Below the pieces are notes generated by a model. That model did not search any database. It saw only the letters and a list, made by a program, of their open reading frames with translations, and was not told the DNA's origin. A stretch of DNA of 64,000 bases from Lama glama. Lineage: Eukaryota. Of the stretch, positions 51,501 to 63,818 are shown one piece after another (position 1 is the stretch's first letter; each line of letters starts with the position of its first letter). The stretch spans positions 99,016,001 through 99,080,000 of the forward strand of contig CM052817.1 of assembly GCA_028534125.1 (NCBI GenBank), written 5' to 3'. A program made the translations under genes and the position numbers.

Positions 51501-52254
51501 TTTTTAAAAAAATTCATTTCAAAAGCTTAATTAGGAAAGTGTTAAAGGAAAACCAGATATGGAATTTCTCCGCATCAATACTTCACATAGTATTAATAAA
51601 AAAAGTATTTGCCATCAAAAACTGATGAAAATCTGTAAAAGAAAATTCAGTTAAACAACTAAGATATATCTCTCAAAAATAACCACCATTAAAACATACA
51701 AATCAAAAGACATTTGATTACGATATTGCATCGTTGGGACAAAGATGAGATAAGCAAAGAGAGGAAAAATAATGAATAGAAAGAATTTATCCTACACAAA
51801 TGTTCTTATCTATACCAATCTCCATTTTCCAGATCTTAATTGCAAAAAAACCTGTATTTCTCAATGTAAAACGCAGGGTTTTGGTAATGAGGGGGAGTGA
51901 GCAACCGTATTTAATTCGCAAAGTATATATATAGATTTTTCTACAGATATTATTCTATCTCTGGCACCACAGGATCTAGAAATGAAATAATGGGTACAAT
52001 TCTTAGGCTCAGTGCTTTTTGAAAAACAAAACAACTCAAAGTCCCAAACAACTAATCACACTTTCAGCTTTAAAACTGGTGATAAGAGAAAATCCCACTA
52101 GCTCTTTCATACAATCAATACCTATGTACGTAAGATCAAGAGGAATTAACAGAAAAAGAGAAGACAAAAAAATGGGCACTACTCTCAAGACTTTTTTAAA
52201 GCAGAAGTCGCCTGAACCCGTTTCTCACACCATAACCAGTTGGCCCAAGCTCCA

Positions 52255-52835
52255 GAGTCTGCTGTAGCCTCCTTCGTGGTCTCTTTCCTTCTATTCTTAC
52301 CTGTAGAGTCTACTATAACCAGAGTAGCCAAAGAAAATAATTTTTAAAATATAAAGCACATCACATCACTTGTGTATTTAGTACCATCCAGTGGATCTGT
52401 GTCACATGCAGAATAAACTCTGAAGCTCTTTATAATTGTTTATAAAGCGTGATGAACCCAACTCCTTCTTCCTCAGGGCCCTATACTTGCTTTCATCTCT
52501 GCATGGAATGTTCTTCTCCCAGCTCTTCACAGCCTTGGCATTCTCACATTCAGATTTCTGCTCAAATGTCTCCTCCTTAGAGAAGCCATAGGATCTAAAC
52601 CCCACCTCCTCTCTTACCACCTCATCCTACCCCAAACTCTTCAGGTTTCCTTCACAATACTTATCAGTACCAGAAATTACAATGTTTCCTTGCTTGTATA
52701 CTGCCTCTTCAGCACTCCAGTACGGGAGCCTAAGTTCTACTAGACCAAAGACTTTGCACACACTTTATTTCCACCTTCTAGAATAAGGACTGGCACAAAG
52801 TAGGTGTTTTTAAACGATTACATGAACCAACAAAT
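52255..52835 (+). mobile_element. L2a-like 3' fragment
   Basis: cctcagggccct...ctgcatggaatgttcttctccc...ctgctcaaatgtctcctccttagagaagcc...ctggcacaaagtaggtg. Confidence 0.75.
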
Positions 52836-53169
52836 GGCAACTGAAACTCCATATACAATCCAAATTAATTTTGTACAGGCCATATGATATTTTAACAAAA
52901 TTTCAAGTAGTTAAAAGTACTTGGGAAAATGGATCTTTACATAAATGTTCAGATTTATGGTTTCTCAGGAAAAACTGGAGAATCTGCCCACCTTGATCTA
53001 AATGCCACATAGTACCACTGGCGAGCACTCTCTGGGAACAGTTTCCACTCATTCGCTCATCTGCTATTATCTGCCTAGTTTCCACTGGTATTTGAGTTTG
53101 CCATACTTAACTTTTCAAGTAGCAGAGAATCTAATACATGTTCTATTCCACTTGCAGTCCAATCTATCC

Positions 53170-53305
53170 AACTATTAATACGGGAAGTGAGACCCAGACA
53201 AGTTAAATACTTAATACAAAGTCCTTACAGAAGTTAGTGGCAAAGTCTGTCCTACTTCCAGGGTTTCTAATCCAAAAGTCCAGCCCTAATTTACATACCA
53301 CATTG
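53170..53305 (-). mobile_element. MIR
   Basis: ggaagtgagacccagacaagttaaatactt...agttagtggcaaag. Confidence 0.55.
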
Positions 53306-53889
53306 TCACATTTCTAAAAAAAAAAAAAAGATTTAAATGTTTGATAAAGTAGAACTCAGCTCATCAGAAATTTCAATCAATTACACTCGTTTTCCTGTAC
53401 TGGGGTTTATAAGTGAAAGGGGAAAATCAAATGAAAACAAACAACAAAGGACCTCTTTAGCTCTGTGATATGCTAAGAATATCACACATTGGTCTAAAAA
53501 TTCTACCTTTTATATCTTTAGAGCTACATAATAAGACTTGTTGCTCATAATGGTGATGTCAATCATTTCAACATCAGTCATGCAATTAAAGATTTAATTA
53601 CACTCTAGGATATTCCAATTATTAGCAGAAGTCAATATATTTAAACATTATTATGACATTTTAATGAACTGAAACAGCTTTCCAATTGATCAAAAAATTC
53701 AAGTTATATCCCACTCCTTTAAACAGTACAGTTATTTTTAAAACCTACTTGAATACAGCAAGTGGCATGTCCTTTAAAATTTGTTTTATTACCAATTGTC
53801 AAACATATTCATACTACAGGATGTGACATAAGCGCCATGCACCCACTACTGAAATTTACAAAATCCTAACACTGTACCACATTACTGCA

Positions 53890-54130
53890 CATATTTAAAA
53901 AATTAATAAAGCATTACAGATAAAGTTGAAATTCTCATACATAACCTTTCCTGATCCCATTTTCCTACTTCATCAGAGCCAGTCACTATCCTTGTTTTGA
54001 GGTTTATCATTCCCAAGGAAGTTTTTATACTATTACTACATACACATCCACAGATAATATCCAGCATTGTGCTACATGTTTTCAAACCTGATATAAACGA
54101 TATCATACTGAAAGCATGACAGTGTGCTTT
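53890..54130 (-). mobile_element. L1ME-type 3' end remnant
   Basis: cattacagataaagttgaa...tcactatcct...tttatcattccca...tataaacgatatcatactg. Confidence 0.55.
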
Positions 54131-54605
54131 CAAAATTAAATATAAGCAGATGAAGTAATGTTTTAAAACTCAAAGAAACAGAAACAGGAGAGACAGAAAA
54201 TTATTTAGAACTGTCAAAGGTATCAAAATTTAAGTATCAGACTGACTTAAAAAAATTAACAAATGAAATTCTATACTTACGGTCAAAATAACTGGGGTTT
54301 AAAACAGAAACAAAGAATCTTGTAAATAACAGAATTACTTGCTGAAATCGATATAATAACATTTCTTTAAAGTATTCATTAGGAAAAGGTGTCAGTACTG
54401 AAAAGCAGTTGAGGCCTAGCTAAGCAAGAGGTTTGTTTCGTATTGGAATAGTATATTCCTGGTCGGAGGCTTCACTTCAAAGTCTCTAGAGTTCAATTAA
54501 AACTGGATTAGGTAGAAGCAGACCCTTCTTTGGGACTTTCTGTTCACCGAAACTCTACATACACTGACAGCACCCTAGACAGAGGTCTAGCCCTCCAATG
54601 AATCA

Positions 54606-54619
54606 GTTGCTATGGAAAC
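54606..54619. promoter_or_regulatory. RFX X-box GTTGCTATGGAAAC
   Basis: 12/14 identical to the palindromic consensus GTTGCCATGGCAAC; both deviations are commonly tolerated; in non-repetitive DNA. Confidence 0.55.
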
Positions 54620-57600
54620 CGTATCATTACCATTGCTCTGTGTTATGACCCCAAATCTAGAATAGCTTGAAAGCTTAAGCCTACAGCACTCTCTTTGAAT
54701 GTTTAGCACCTTGTTTTAATATTGTTAGTATTATTATTAGTGAATTTAACTTCCATCTTTTAATAATTTGTTTCAACAAAGATAGTTTGTTAGTTAAATG
54801 TTTAGGTAAGGTTGTAGAGAAGAAAAAAGAAATCAGTATATAATATATATGTATACACACATGTAAGTATATATACTGTTTCTTTACATTAAAAGGACCA
54901 AGACTATCCTCTTTAAAATTTTTGTCTGAAAGTTGTGACTCTGAAAAAGGATGTATTATTTTCCCCAAATAATACACACATTTCTTTTTCCTACCCTTCA
55001 AACAGTACACTATGAATACATAGGAAAATTTCTTCACCCTGTTGCATTTATTGGCTTGAAAGCAAAACATTTTTCACCTTTAACGATTAATTTTGAAAAG
55101 CTTATGAATTTATCCAAATAACACTTTTTCTCATCCTCATGAAAGAATAAAACATAGAAACTTACAATATTGTCTAACTGCATGATACTCTTACTTACTG
55201 AATATTAGGCATGTTCAAAAAGTAGATTTAAATAGTGTCTGAAAATATAGCCATATTTGTCTCAAGAAAAAAGGTTTTGTTTTCAAAATCTACCTCAATA
55301 CATTTAAAACATTTACAAATTCTTTTTAAAAAGGAAGATATTAAAAAGTGATCAAATATTTAACCTCAAAAATAAGAAATATTTACATGGAAGTCTGCAT
55401 ATATAGGATCAATAAAAGGTGGTTTTAAAAATAGTATTCCCTTATGCTTAAAACTAGGATTACATATCTAGTCCAAGTATTCACCAATTTGGGGAGAGTT
55501 TACTTTCAGGTAATTCCATATTGATTTCTGAAGAATTTGATAATAAAAGTAAAATCAGATAATATATATAAACAATACTACTTAAAATTTCACAACAAAA
55601 GCATTTCCCAACTATATGGATATATATTTAACATCAAGAAAAATGTTTTAAACTGAGTATACAAAATATAAACTAGTCGTGCCAACAATTAAACAATTAT
55701 ACCACAGGTAGAAGATATTCATATCCCATTATAGTGGAGCATACTTATACATTAGTCACAAGAATGACATTATAGTGTGGGAAAATGGTAAATGTTTGAA
55801 ATACATTCAAAATGAAAACAAATGCTGAAAAATATTCTACTATCAACACACCACCAAGTATGTGTGCAATATGTTTTACTTACAATACTTGCAATTTTAA
55901 CAAACTAGCTGAAAGTGATTTTAATCAAGCATTTTAAAGTTGTACTATTCTATTACTAATGTAGTGTTTGGATTTTGTTGCATATAATTTTCTCTGACAC
56001 TTGATTTCAAAGCATAGCACTAAATTTTTTCGAATAATGAATTCCAGTTGGTTTAAGAATTTATTTCATCACCAACTATACAACTTTTAGTTTCAAGTTT
56101 TAAAAGATACATTCTTAAAGTAAAATTTACAAGTCTTTTTTGGATTTAAAAAAGGCATATGCTTGACTCTGGTGAAACTTTAAGGGGATAATTTTGTTAT
56201 TAAATATATATCCATGAGCACATAGAATGTTCCCAAACTTGGAAAAGAACAGAACAATTAGAACAAAAATATGAAGGTCATGAATACAAAAGAAAATTGC
56301 CTTTTAAATTAGTTATGAGTTATTTGATATTTTTCATCTATATAGTAAATTTCTTCCTTTGCGCACTAATATTATGATGTAGTACAGTATTCTCCTTAGC
56401 ATTTTTATGGGTGACAAACTCAATTAAACATATTCATTACTCTAATGTCCTACCTGGCAGTTTAGTCAGTATGAAAAATTAAAAATATATAAATAAAATG
56501 CTATGTGACCTCTGTATTGATTGGGCTAAAATGGTTTTAGCCTGGGTGTGGATGATGGGGCAGCTGGGAGGGGCAGGAGGAGAGCACACAAACACATACA
56601 CTCCTATGTTTTCTCTTCCAATTACTGAGGGAGATGATAAAACCACAGCAAATGATGTATCAGCTCATTTTATCTTATCGCTTTGGGGCTAGGTGACAAT
56701 GAAGTTCATATTTCACTGGCTCCCATTGAAGATTGTGAAAATTACTTGCCCTCATGACCTGAAGTTTCACTAGAAGACAGAAATTTCTCTTCTGCAAAGT
56801 AATGCAATTTTTCAGATGTCAACCTTTAGCCCAGCTTTAAAAATTAATTTCATTTATATTAACCAATGATATTGATATTTTCACAGAACGCTGTTTGATA
56901 CATGAAGCACTGACTGGCAAATTGATGTTGCTTTAGATGGGTAAAACTATTTTATTTTAAGCTGCTATGGCAGACAGATTTATGGCAAACTGAAATTCCC
57001 ATTTTGTAATTTAATATTTGCACTGGAGCACTGGACCTTTAAGCCCTTGGCCTGTGAAAAATTCAGACTCTTTAGTTGGTTCTGTTTTATTTTTAATATT
57101 CTTTAGCTTAAAAATAATTTGCATTCTAAATAATGTATCACAAAAGCCACCTCTTATTGAACTAACCTTTAATATGTATCTTAATGAGTCAAAAGCCAAA
57201 TGTAATAATGAATAAGCAGAACAAAGAAAGTATTTAGCCATCATCCAATTAATTTTTAGTTTTTTTAAATTTAAACTATATCTCCAACCTGATTTTTTGA
57301 AAGAAGAGTCCAAATATACCACAAAAGGACAATAAGAAACAATATTAAAGAACATGAATGTATCTTATTTTATTTTTTGTAGCAGCACATAAGGTAAACA
57401 GCTAGGTATTCATTTTTCAGAAAAAGAGTAGAATAAACTTAGATGAGTACTTGAATTGAAATAGAGATATTTGGATTCAGAGGTATCTTTTAAAATAAAA
57501 ACATAATAAAAATAAAGCCACAATATCAATTTTATCATGAACAAGATGTGAAAGTGTCCCACTGTATTTTAGTATAAGAAATACAGAAATATTCTTGAAT

Positions 57601-58780
57601 CCATATAAAAAAGAAAAAATTAAATATTTTGGAATAGTAAATATGTTACTAAAGATATACTGCCTAGTACTTTATCAAGTTTTTACTACCTTTAACCAGT
57701 AAAGAGCTTTGTCTAATTCAAATGCCTTGAGAAAACAACTGTTACACCAATACCCTTCATTTTACTAATAAAGTAACATAAACATGCATAAATTTATGTA
57801 TTACTTTATGACCTTAAAATTAGAAGGCTGAAAAAGACATTCCCCTAATTTAGCTGTTTTCTCCCCAAAATGGTTTAATACCACTCCAACTTTCTGTTCC
57901 CAAAATCACTTTTGCAATTTTTATGCTAACAACATCCATACTGTTTTTTGTTTAAAAATATAGTTAATTTCCCTTACATGTATGATATAAAGAAATGGTG
58001 GTATAAATGATACTTTATGACCTTTTTATTTAGATTGGAAAGATTCCTAGTCACTTCTCAAATACTTGTGAGAATGACATGCTATTGTCACTGAATTCAA
58101 GTTACAAAGTATTCTTGCCTATTATTCTGCATATTGACTCTCTGAAGTCATGAGCTCTCTGTTCCTTAACAAAGAGCTAAATTTAAATCAGCACTACTAA
58201 AAAATTATCTAATTTTAAATATATTGGAATATTCTGTAACATATACTTTTAAAACAAGCAATGGACACCAACTATCTTTCTTCTCCATGCCAATTCTTAC
58301 TTTATGAACTCAAGCTCAAGCTCAGATTGGTATCAAAAGCCCTCCCCAGACCCATGAACCAAATCTTCAAGTTAAAGTAATATCAGCCTGAGCTAGACTA
58401 CTTATCTCTTTGTAGCAGACAAAACATGATCTCGCCATGGGAGGTTTCTCTGGTGACTAAGCTATTTAAACTAATTAAAGAGAAAACTTTGTTCATCTTC
58501 AAGCAATTTGCTTTTCAAACATAGCAGAGAACAGAAATAAAAAGCTAAAGGAAAAGGAAAAAGTTACATTAGAACTTTATGCTAAGGGCAGGACACTTTT
58601 TCTCCTAATTACAGGGAAATACTTTTCCACTTCATTTTTTTAGCTTTCTTATTCCTATTAATTACTCAAATTGCTTAGCTGGAGTCAGTTATAAAAAGTG
58701 ACATAGGTTCCTAATTGCTTCTATGATAGAGCATGAAACTAAACACTGTGCTCATATTCAGCTTCGAATATGATCTTCCA

Positions 58781-58923
58781 GGGGGAGGCTATAGCTCAGA
58801 GGTAGAGCACGTGCCTAGCACGCACGAGGTCCCAGGTTCCATCCCCAGTGCCTGCACATAAATAAATAAATAAACAAACACTTAATTACTCCAGCCCCAA
58901 AATAAAAATTAATTAATTAATCA
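58781..58923 (+). mobile_element. Camelid tRNA-Ala-derived SINE (vic-1 type)
   Basis: gggggaggctatagctcagaggtagagcacgtgcctagcacgcacgaggtcccaggttccatccccagt plus (aaat)n tail; TSD aatat(g/a)atctt(c/t)ca at 58767-58780 and 58924-58937. Confidence 0.87.
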
Positions 58924-59308
58924 AATATAATCTTTCAAAAAGCTATTTTCTTAAAGGACTTTTATGAGAACATTATGAATACAATTTAAGTAAGACTTGG
59001 TGATTAACCCGATTTCATTGCATAATTCCATAGCACTGCACAGCCTCACTGGACTGGAGTTTCTCCATGACTGGAGTTCTTTGAGGCTAGGCCCTGGTCT
59101 CAGCCATCCTTCTATTCACAGTACTTAGCATGGTGCCAGGAACATGGAAGACACTGACGGATGGATGGAGAGCCAGCCTGACCTCACAAACTACATACAG
59201 TCTAAGAGTCTGAAAGCAAATGAACACAAACAGCAGAAAGCAAAAAGGGACAGAAAAAGGAAAACTCCGAGACAGCATTTAAAAAAAGTCAAATTCAAGG
59301 GTCAGAAT

Positions 59309-61410
59309 ACTTCAACTTCTAACCAAGATGGAGTAAAAAGGACTGGATTTAACCTTGTACATAAACATTTAAAATAGATATAACACGTGGGGAAAAAATT
59401 GTTTTTAATCATGAAACACCAAGAAATGAAAGACAGCGATCTCTGAGAGGCAGGAAAACAAAGTGGTGACAACCACTACTGCCTCAGCTTACTGCCTGAG
59501 TAGACTTATTTGCAAGCCCCAGAGCAGGCAGGAGTAACCCAGAGCAGGAAAACCAGCTTTAGTACAAGGAGGTCAAGGGGGCTATAACTGCAGGGCAGAG
59601 CGGCAGACTGGAGGGTGCTGTAAGGTACTAGAGCTCCTGAGATCTACGGTCTTTAGTACTGATCAGCCTAAGAAAACAACCTGAGCCAGCAGAAGAATCA
59701 TTCCCCTTGAATTACAGGGAACAATACCCAGAGCTCACACAGCCAGAGTGAAAAACAATCTCATAATTCAGCGAGCACTGATTAGCGTATTTAGAGCGGT
59801 TTTGCCTCAGTAGTGGGGAAAAATTAGCCCTGGGCCAAAGGCTGCTGAGGTCCTGCCTAATCCTAACAGCGAGGCCCAAATGGATCCATTTATTTCCAAG
59901 TTACTTAACTGTATACTAGGATAATGCATTAAAATATTTATAAGACACAAAAATACCCACCACACAACCAGGTATAAACCACCACAGCTGGTATCCAATT
60001 AAAAACTTACCAGGCCTACACAAATTCAGGAAAATATGACTCATAATGAGGAGAGAAATTAATCAAATGACACTAATGACAGAATTATTTATAAGGGACA
60101 TCATATTGGAAAAAGTAGATTTTAGAGCAAAAATATTAATAGAGATAAAGAAGGTCATTTCATAAATGATAACAGAGCATATATCATCAAGAGGCCATAA
60201 ATATTCTAACTGTTTATGAACTGAATAACAGAGCTTTAAAATATATGGAGCAAAAGCTGAGAGAACTGAAACTACAAACAGATTTCAACATTTCTCTCTC
60301 AAGAACTGATAAAGCAAGTAGATGAAAAATCAATAAGGGTACAGAATACTTGAAAAAGGCCACTGATCATGACCTAACTGACATTTGTGGGATATTCCAC
60401 CCAACAACAGAAGAATAACACTTACAAAGGAAGAGCATACTATGAGACAAAAACCAAGTTGCAATCAATTTAGCAGATTCAAATCACAGAAAGTATATTC
60501 TCTCACCACAATGGAATTAAATCAGAAATCAATAACAGAAAGACTTTTTAAATTCCCCAAATATGAAAACTAAATAGTATAGTTCTATGTAGCCCATGGG
60601 TCCAAGAAAAAAAAATTAGAAGGTATTTTGAATTGAATACAAATGAAAACACAACATAAAAGTTTGTGGAACGCAGCTAAAGTAGTCCTTAGGAGGAAAT
60701 TTCTAGCACTAAACACCTATATTAGTGGAAAAGAAAAAAGGCTTCATATCAATGATTCAGGTTCTACCTGGAAAAAAAAAAAAAGAGAGAGAGAAAAACT
60801 AAGAGCAAATTAAACCCAAAGTAAGCAAGAGAAAAAAAAAAAATCAAAGTGAAAAATCACTTAAATAAAAGACCAAAAAATAGAGAAAACAGAAATCACT
60901 GAAACCAAGGACTGGTTCTTCAAAATGATCATTAATACGTATGAGCCTCTAACTAGACTGATCAGACACAAAAGAGAGAAGACACAAATCACCAATATCA
61001 GGAATTATCAATATCATGATAGAAAAAACGTCACTACAGATTACATAAAGTCACTAAAAGAATAACAAGAGCATATTATGTACAACTTTTAACCACTAAA
61101 TTGGACACTTTTTATCAATGGACAGATTTCTTGGAAGACACAAACTACCAAAGTCCCTTTAGGAAGAAACAGGTAACACGAATAACATTATTAAAGAAAT
61201 CAATTCATAGTTTAAGTCTTCCCATGAAATACAACTCTAAGGCCAAATGGCTCCACTGGTGAATTCTACAAATATTTAAGAAAGACAAAGTGCCAATTCT
61301 ATGCAAACTCTTTCAGAATATTAAAGAGGAGGGAATACTTGTCAGCTCATTCTATGAGGCCAGCATTACCCATATATTAAAACCAGACGAAAGCATTATT
61401 AAGACAAGAA
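59309..61410 (+). mobile_element. Old L1M element (5' UTR joined to endonuclease/ORF2 region, ORF1 mostly missing)
   Basis: 5' end acttcaacttctaaccaagatggag; ORF2-like aaagtagattttagagcaaa...ggccaaatggctccactggtgaattctac...ctcattctatgaggccagcattacc. Confidence 0.85.
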
Positions 61411-61599
61411 AATCCAAGAGGCAGTCGCCACTTAGTATTTACGTAATATCTTTGTCTTAAGACATTGTGGATACTCTTATAAAATACATGGATTAACTCA
61501 CATTATCAAGAGACGTTTGCCCACTCCTGCACGTCCACAAATTGTTCCTGAATGTACCCAACTGCCCTGTACATTTCTCAAAAATGTCTACACCAGTTT

Positions 61600-62780
61600 C
61601 CTTTTGTTGTGTATTACAACTTGACTTCCTTTGGATTTTAGTAGGGTGACTGAATTCTCAGCCTTCTCATTTTACAGTGATTTCATCCATAACCACTGCT
61701 TCTAACACCAAACCACACAGGGGTGCAAGAATCTAGTGATAAGACATTAGAGGTGATGAATGACCTCTACTTGGAGATGTCAGATTTGGACTCATATCCA
61801 ATCACTTACTAGATACCTTCAACACAATGTCCTCCAAATTCTCAAATTCAACATACCCAGAAATGAACTCATTACTGTCCCCTCAAGAGCTTCCACTACT
61901 CCATTAGAGACTATTTTGCTGAAGGGAGTCATAACCACAGACAGAAACCCAAATCACCCTGAATCCTTCATATCATTTCTTTTGACTTCACTCACCTCTC
62001 AATCAAGAAGTTCAATAGATTCCATCTCCCTACCAACACCTATATCCCTCTGCTCTTGGTCATGTATACTGAAATCTCCTTTAGAACAACTCCCCATCTT
62101 ACGTGAATATTTTCATAGGCATAGCTCATGTTCCCACCATGTCACACAACATACACTCCTTCGACCATGCTATGCTGTCTCATGCTTGCATGCTTTCCAG
62201 GGCACTGGCCTTCCTATTTGGAAAGCAAACTCTTAATGAGTTTGACAGAGGAGGTGGTAGCAGTGGTTGTATCAGAGTAGTAGTAGACAGTAATACCAAG
62301 AAATACAATTTAATTAAAGCTCATTATATGCCAGGATCTACACTAAGTACTTCATTTCAATTAATTCTTAAAACGGTACTAAGAAATAGATGTCATTTTC
62401 ACCATTTTATAAATTACGAAACAATCTTTGAGAGTTAGACGACTTGGTCAAAATCATTTAACTAGTAAAGTGGTGCAGCCACGTCTACTAGACGTCTAAC
62501 ACTGTGCTGTAAGCCACTACATAATACTTCCTCCATGGTGAAACTCTCATCCTTAAAGTCCAAGCAAAGGGCTTGTAAAACCTCTGACTTTCCAAGCAGC
62601 TTCAATCATCCTGTTTTGTGATATCACAGACCTAGTACTAATTCCATTTATTTGTAAATGCCTCCCTTACCAGACAATAAATTTCCTTAGGTAGACATAC
62701 GTAGTACTTATTCTCATAAGCCTAGAGTACTTAGTACATCATAGAACTCAATAAATGTATACTCAATGAATAAATGATAA
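61600..62780 (+). mobile_element. L2 fragments with nested minus-strand MIR (~62300-62530)
   Basis: ctcaaattcaacatacccagaaatgaactcatt; tail catagaactcaataaatgtatactcaatgaataaatga; MIR atgccaggatctacactaagtactt. Confidence 0.65.
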
Positions 62781-63479
62781 GATTAACTATTTAAGCTAAA
62801 AACTATTCCTCATTTCACACTCCTTGCTTTTATCATTAGCTTCAAAACTGAATAGAAAATAGATCCCCGAGATTTGCTGAAATAATTGACTTTGTGTCTC
62901 AGATCCTGGTAAAGGCATTCAGTGGGGCCATGATCAAGGTTAGTAAAATTTATTGTTCCCAGAGAGAGTAGTTAAAAATAATCTCTCATAAGTATTAAGG
63001 AACTAAGAGTTTAATATTTGGTTCACTTTAAAAGGAACATATTATAAGAGCAAAAATAGTGGATACTTTCCTAGAAATTAGAAAAAATCCTATGAAAGTG
63101 TCATTGTCCTATGATGAATTATTAGCACCTAAAAGAAGTAAAAGTTTTCTGATATCTCACCCCATCCATCCAAAAAGTAAGAACAGATATGTAATGTGAA
63201 TCTTCTAAATTACCTAACATCATTCAATTCTGCTATAAAAGAAAATAAGTGAGATTAAAACCAAAAGAAACATTAAACACTGAGAGCAACACAGTAACTT
63301 ATGGCATATATGTAAAATTCACAGGCTACGTTAAGTAGAGCCAATGAGTAAGGAAGTAGCTCATGAGAGATTTCAAAAGGTGCTAAATACGTAAAGTAAA
63401 TTTAAAGTTAGATATCTGTTAAGAACTGTTAAAGAGAGCACACTGATGACAGAATAAACACACGTATTATTTACAGATG

Positions 63480-63818
63480 GAAAGAGACTGAAAGACCAAG
63501 TCCTAAAATATAATCACGCCGACTTTGTTTTAGGTGCTGATATTTCCGCAGGTCTTCAGAGTGAGGCAAGACTGCCTTTCGGTTCCAGACATTCTTTTCA
63601 AGGATGTTTGTATAGAGAACAGTCTTGGAACAGACAGGCAGTGTCTTGCTTCAGAGCAAAGGGCAAGTTTGTTTACTGTTCAGTATAATAAAGATAATGA
63701 TGACCTCTGGGGCAAAGGCCAGACTTCACTGCCCATTGTAAACATTTTGGGTTCCTGAAGACTGAGGTTGCTCAACTGAGATGTAAACTCTCACTGGATA
63801 CACATCTACCTGGGCCTC
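63480..63818 (+). mobile_element. ERV solo-LTR fragment (MER76/MER77-like, family uncertain)
   Basis: ttcaaggatgtttgtatag...agagcaaagggcaagtttgtttactgttcagtataataaagataatg...ggggcaaagg...actgcccatt resembles a recalled ERVL-class LTR. Confidence 0.5.

Noticed and set aside
52294..52310. CAG|GTAAGA recursive-splice-like motif on the LRBA strand in the long intron
   Set aside because: Poor polypyrimidine tract with competing AGs just upstream; lies within L2
61760..62236. 158-aa ORF
   Set aside because: Lies in decayed L2; no domain or splice support
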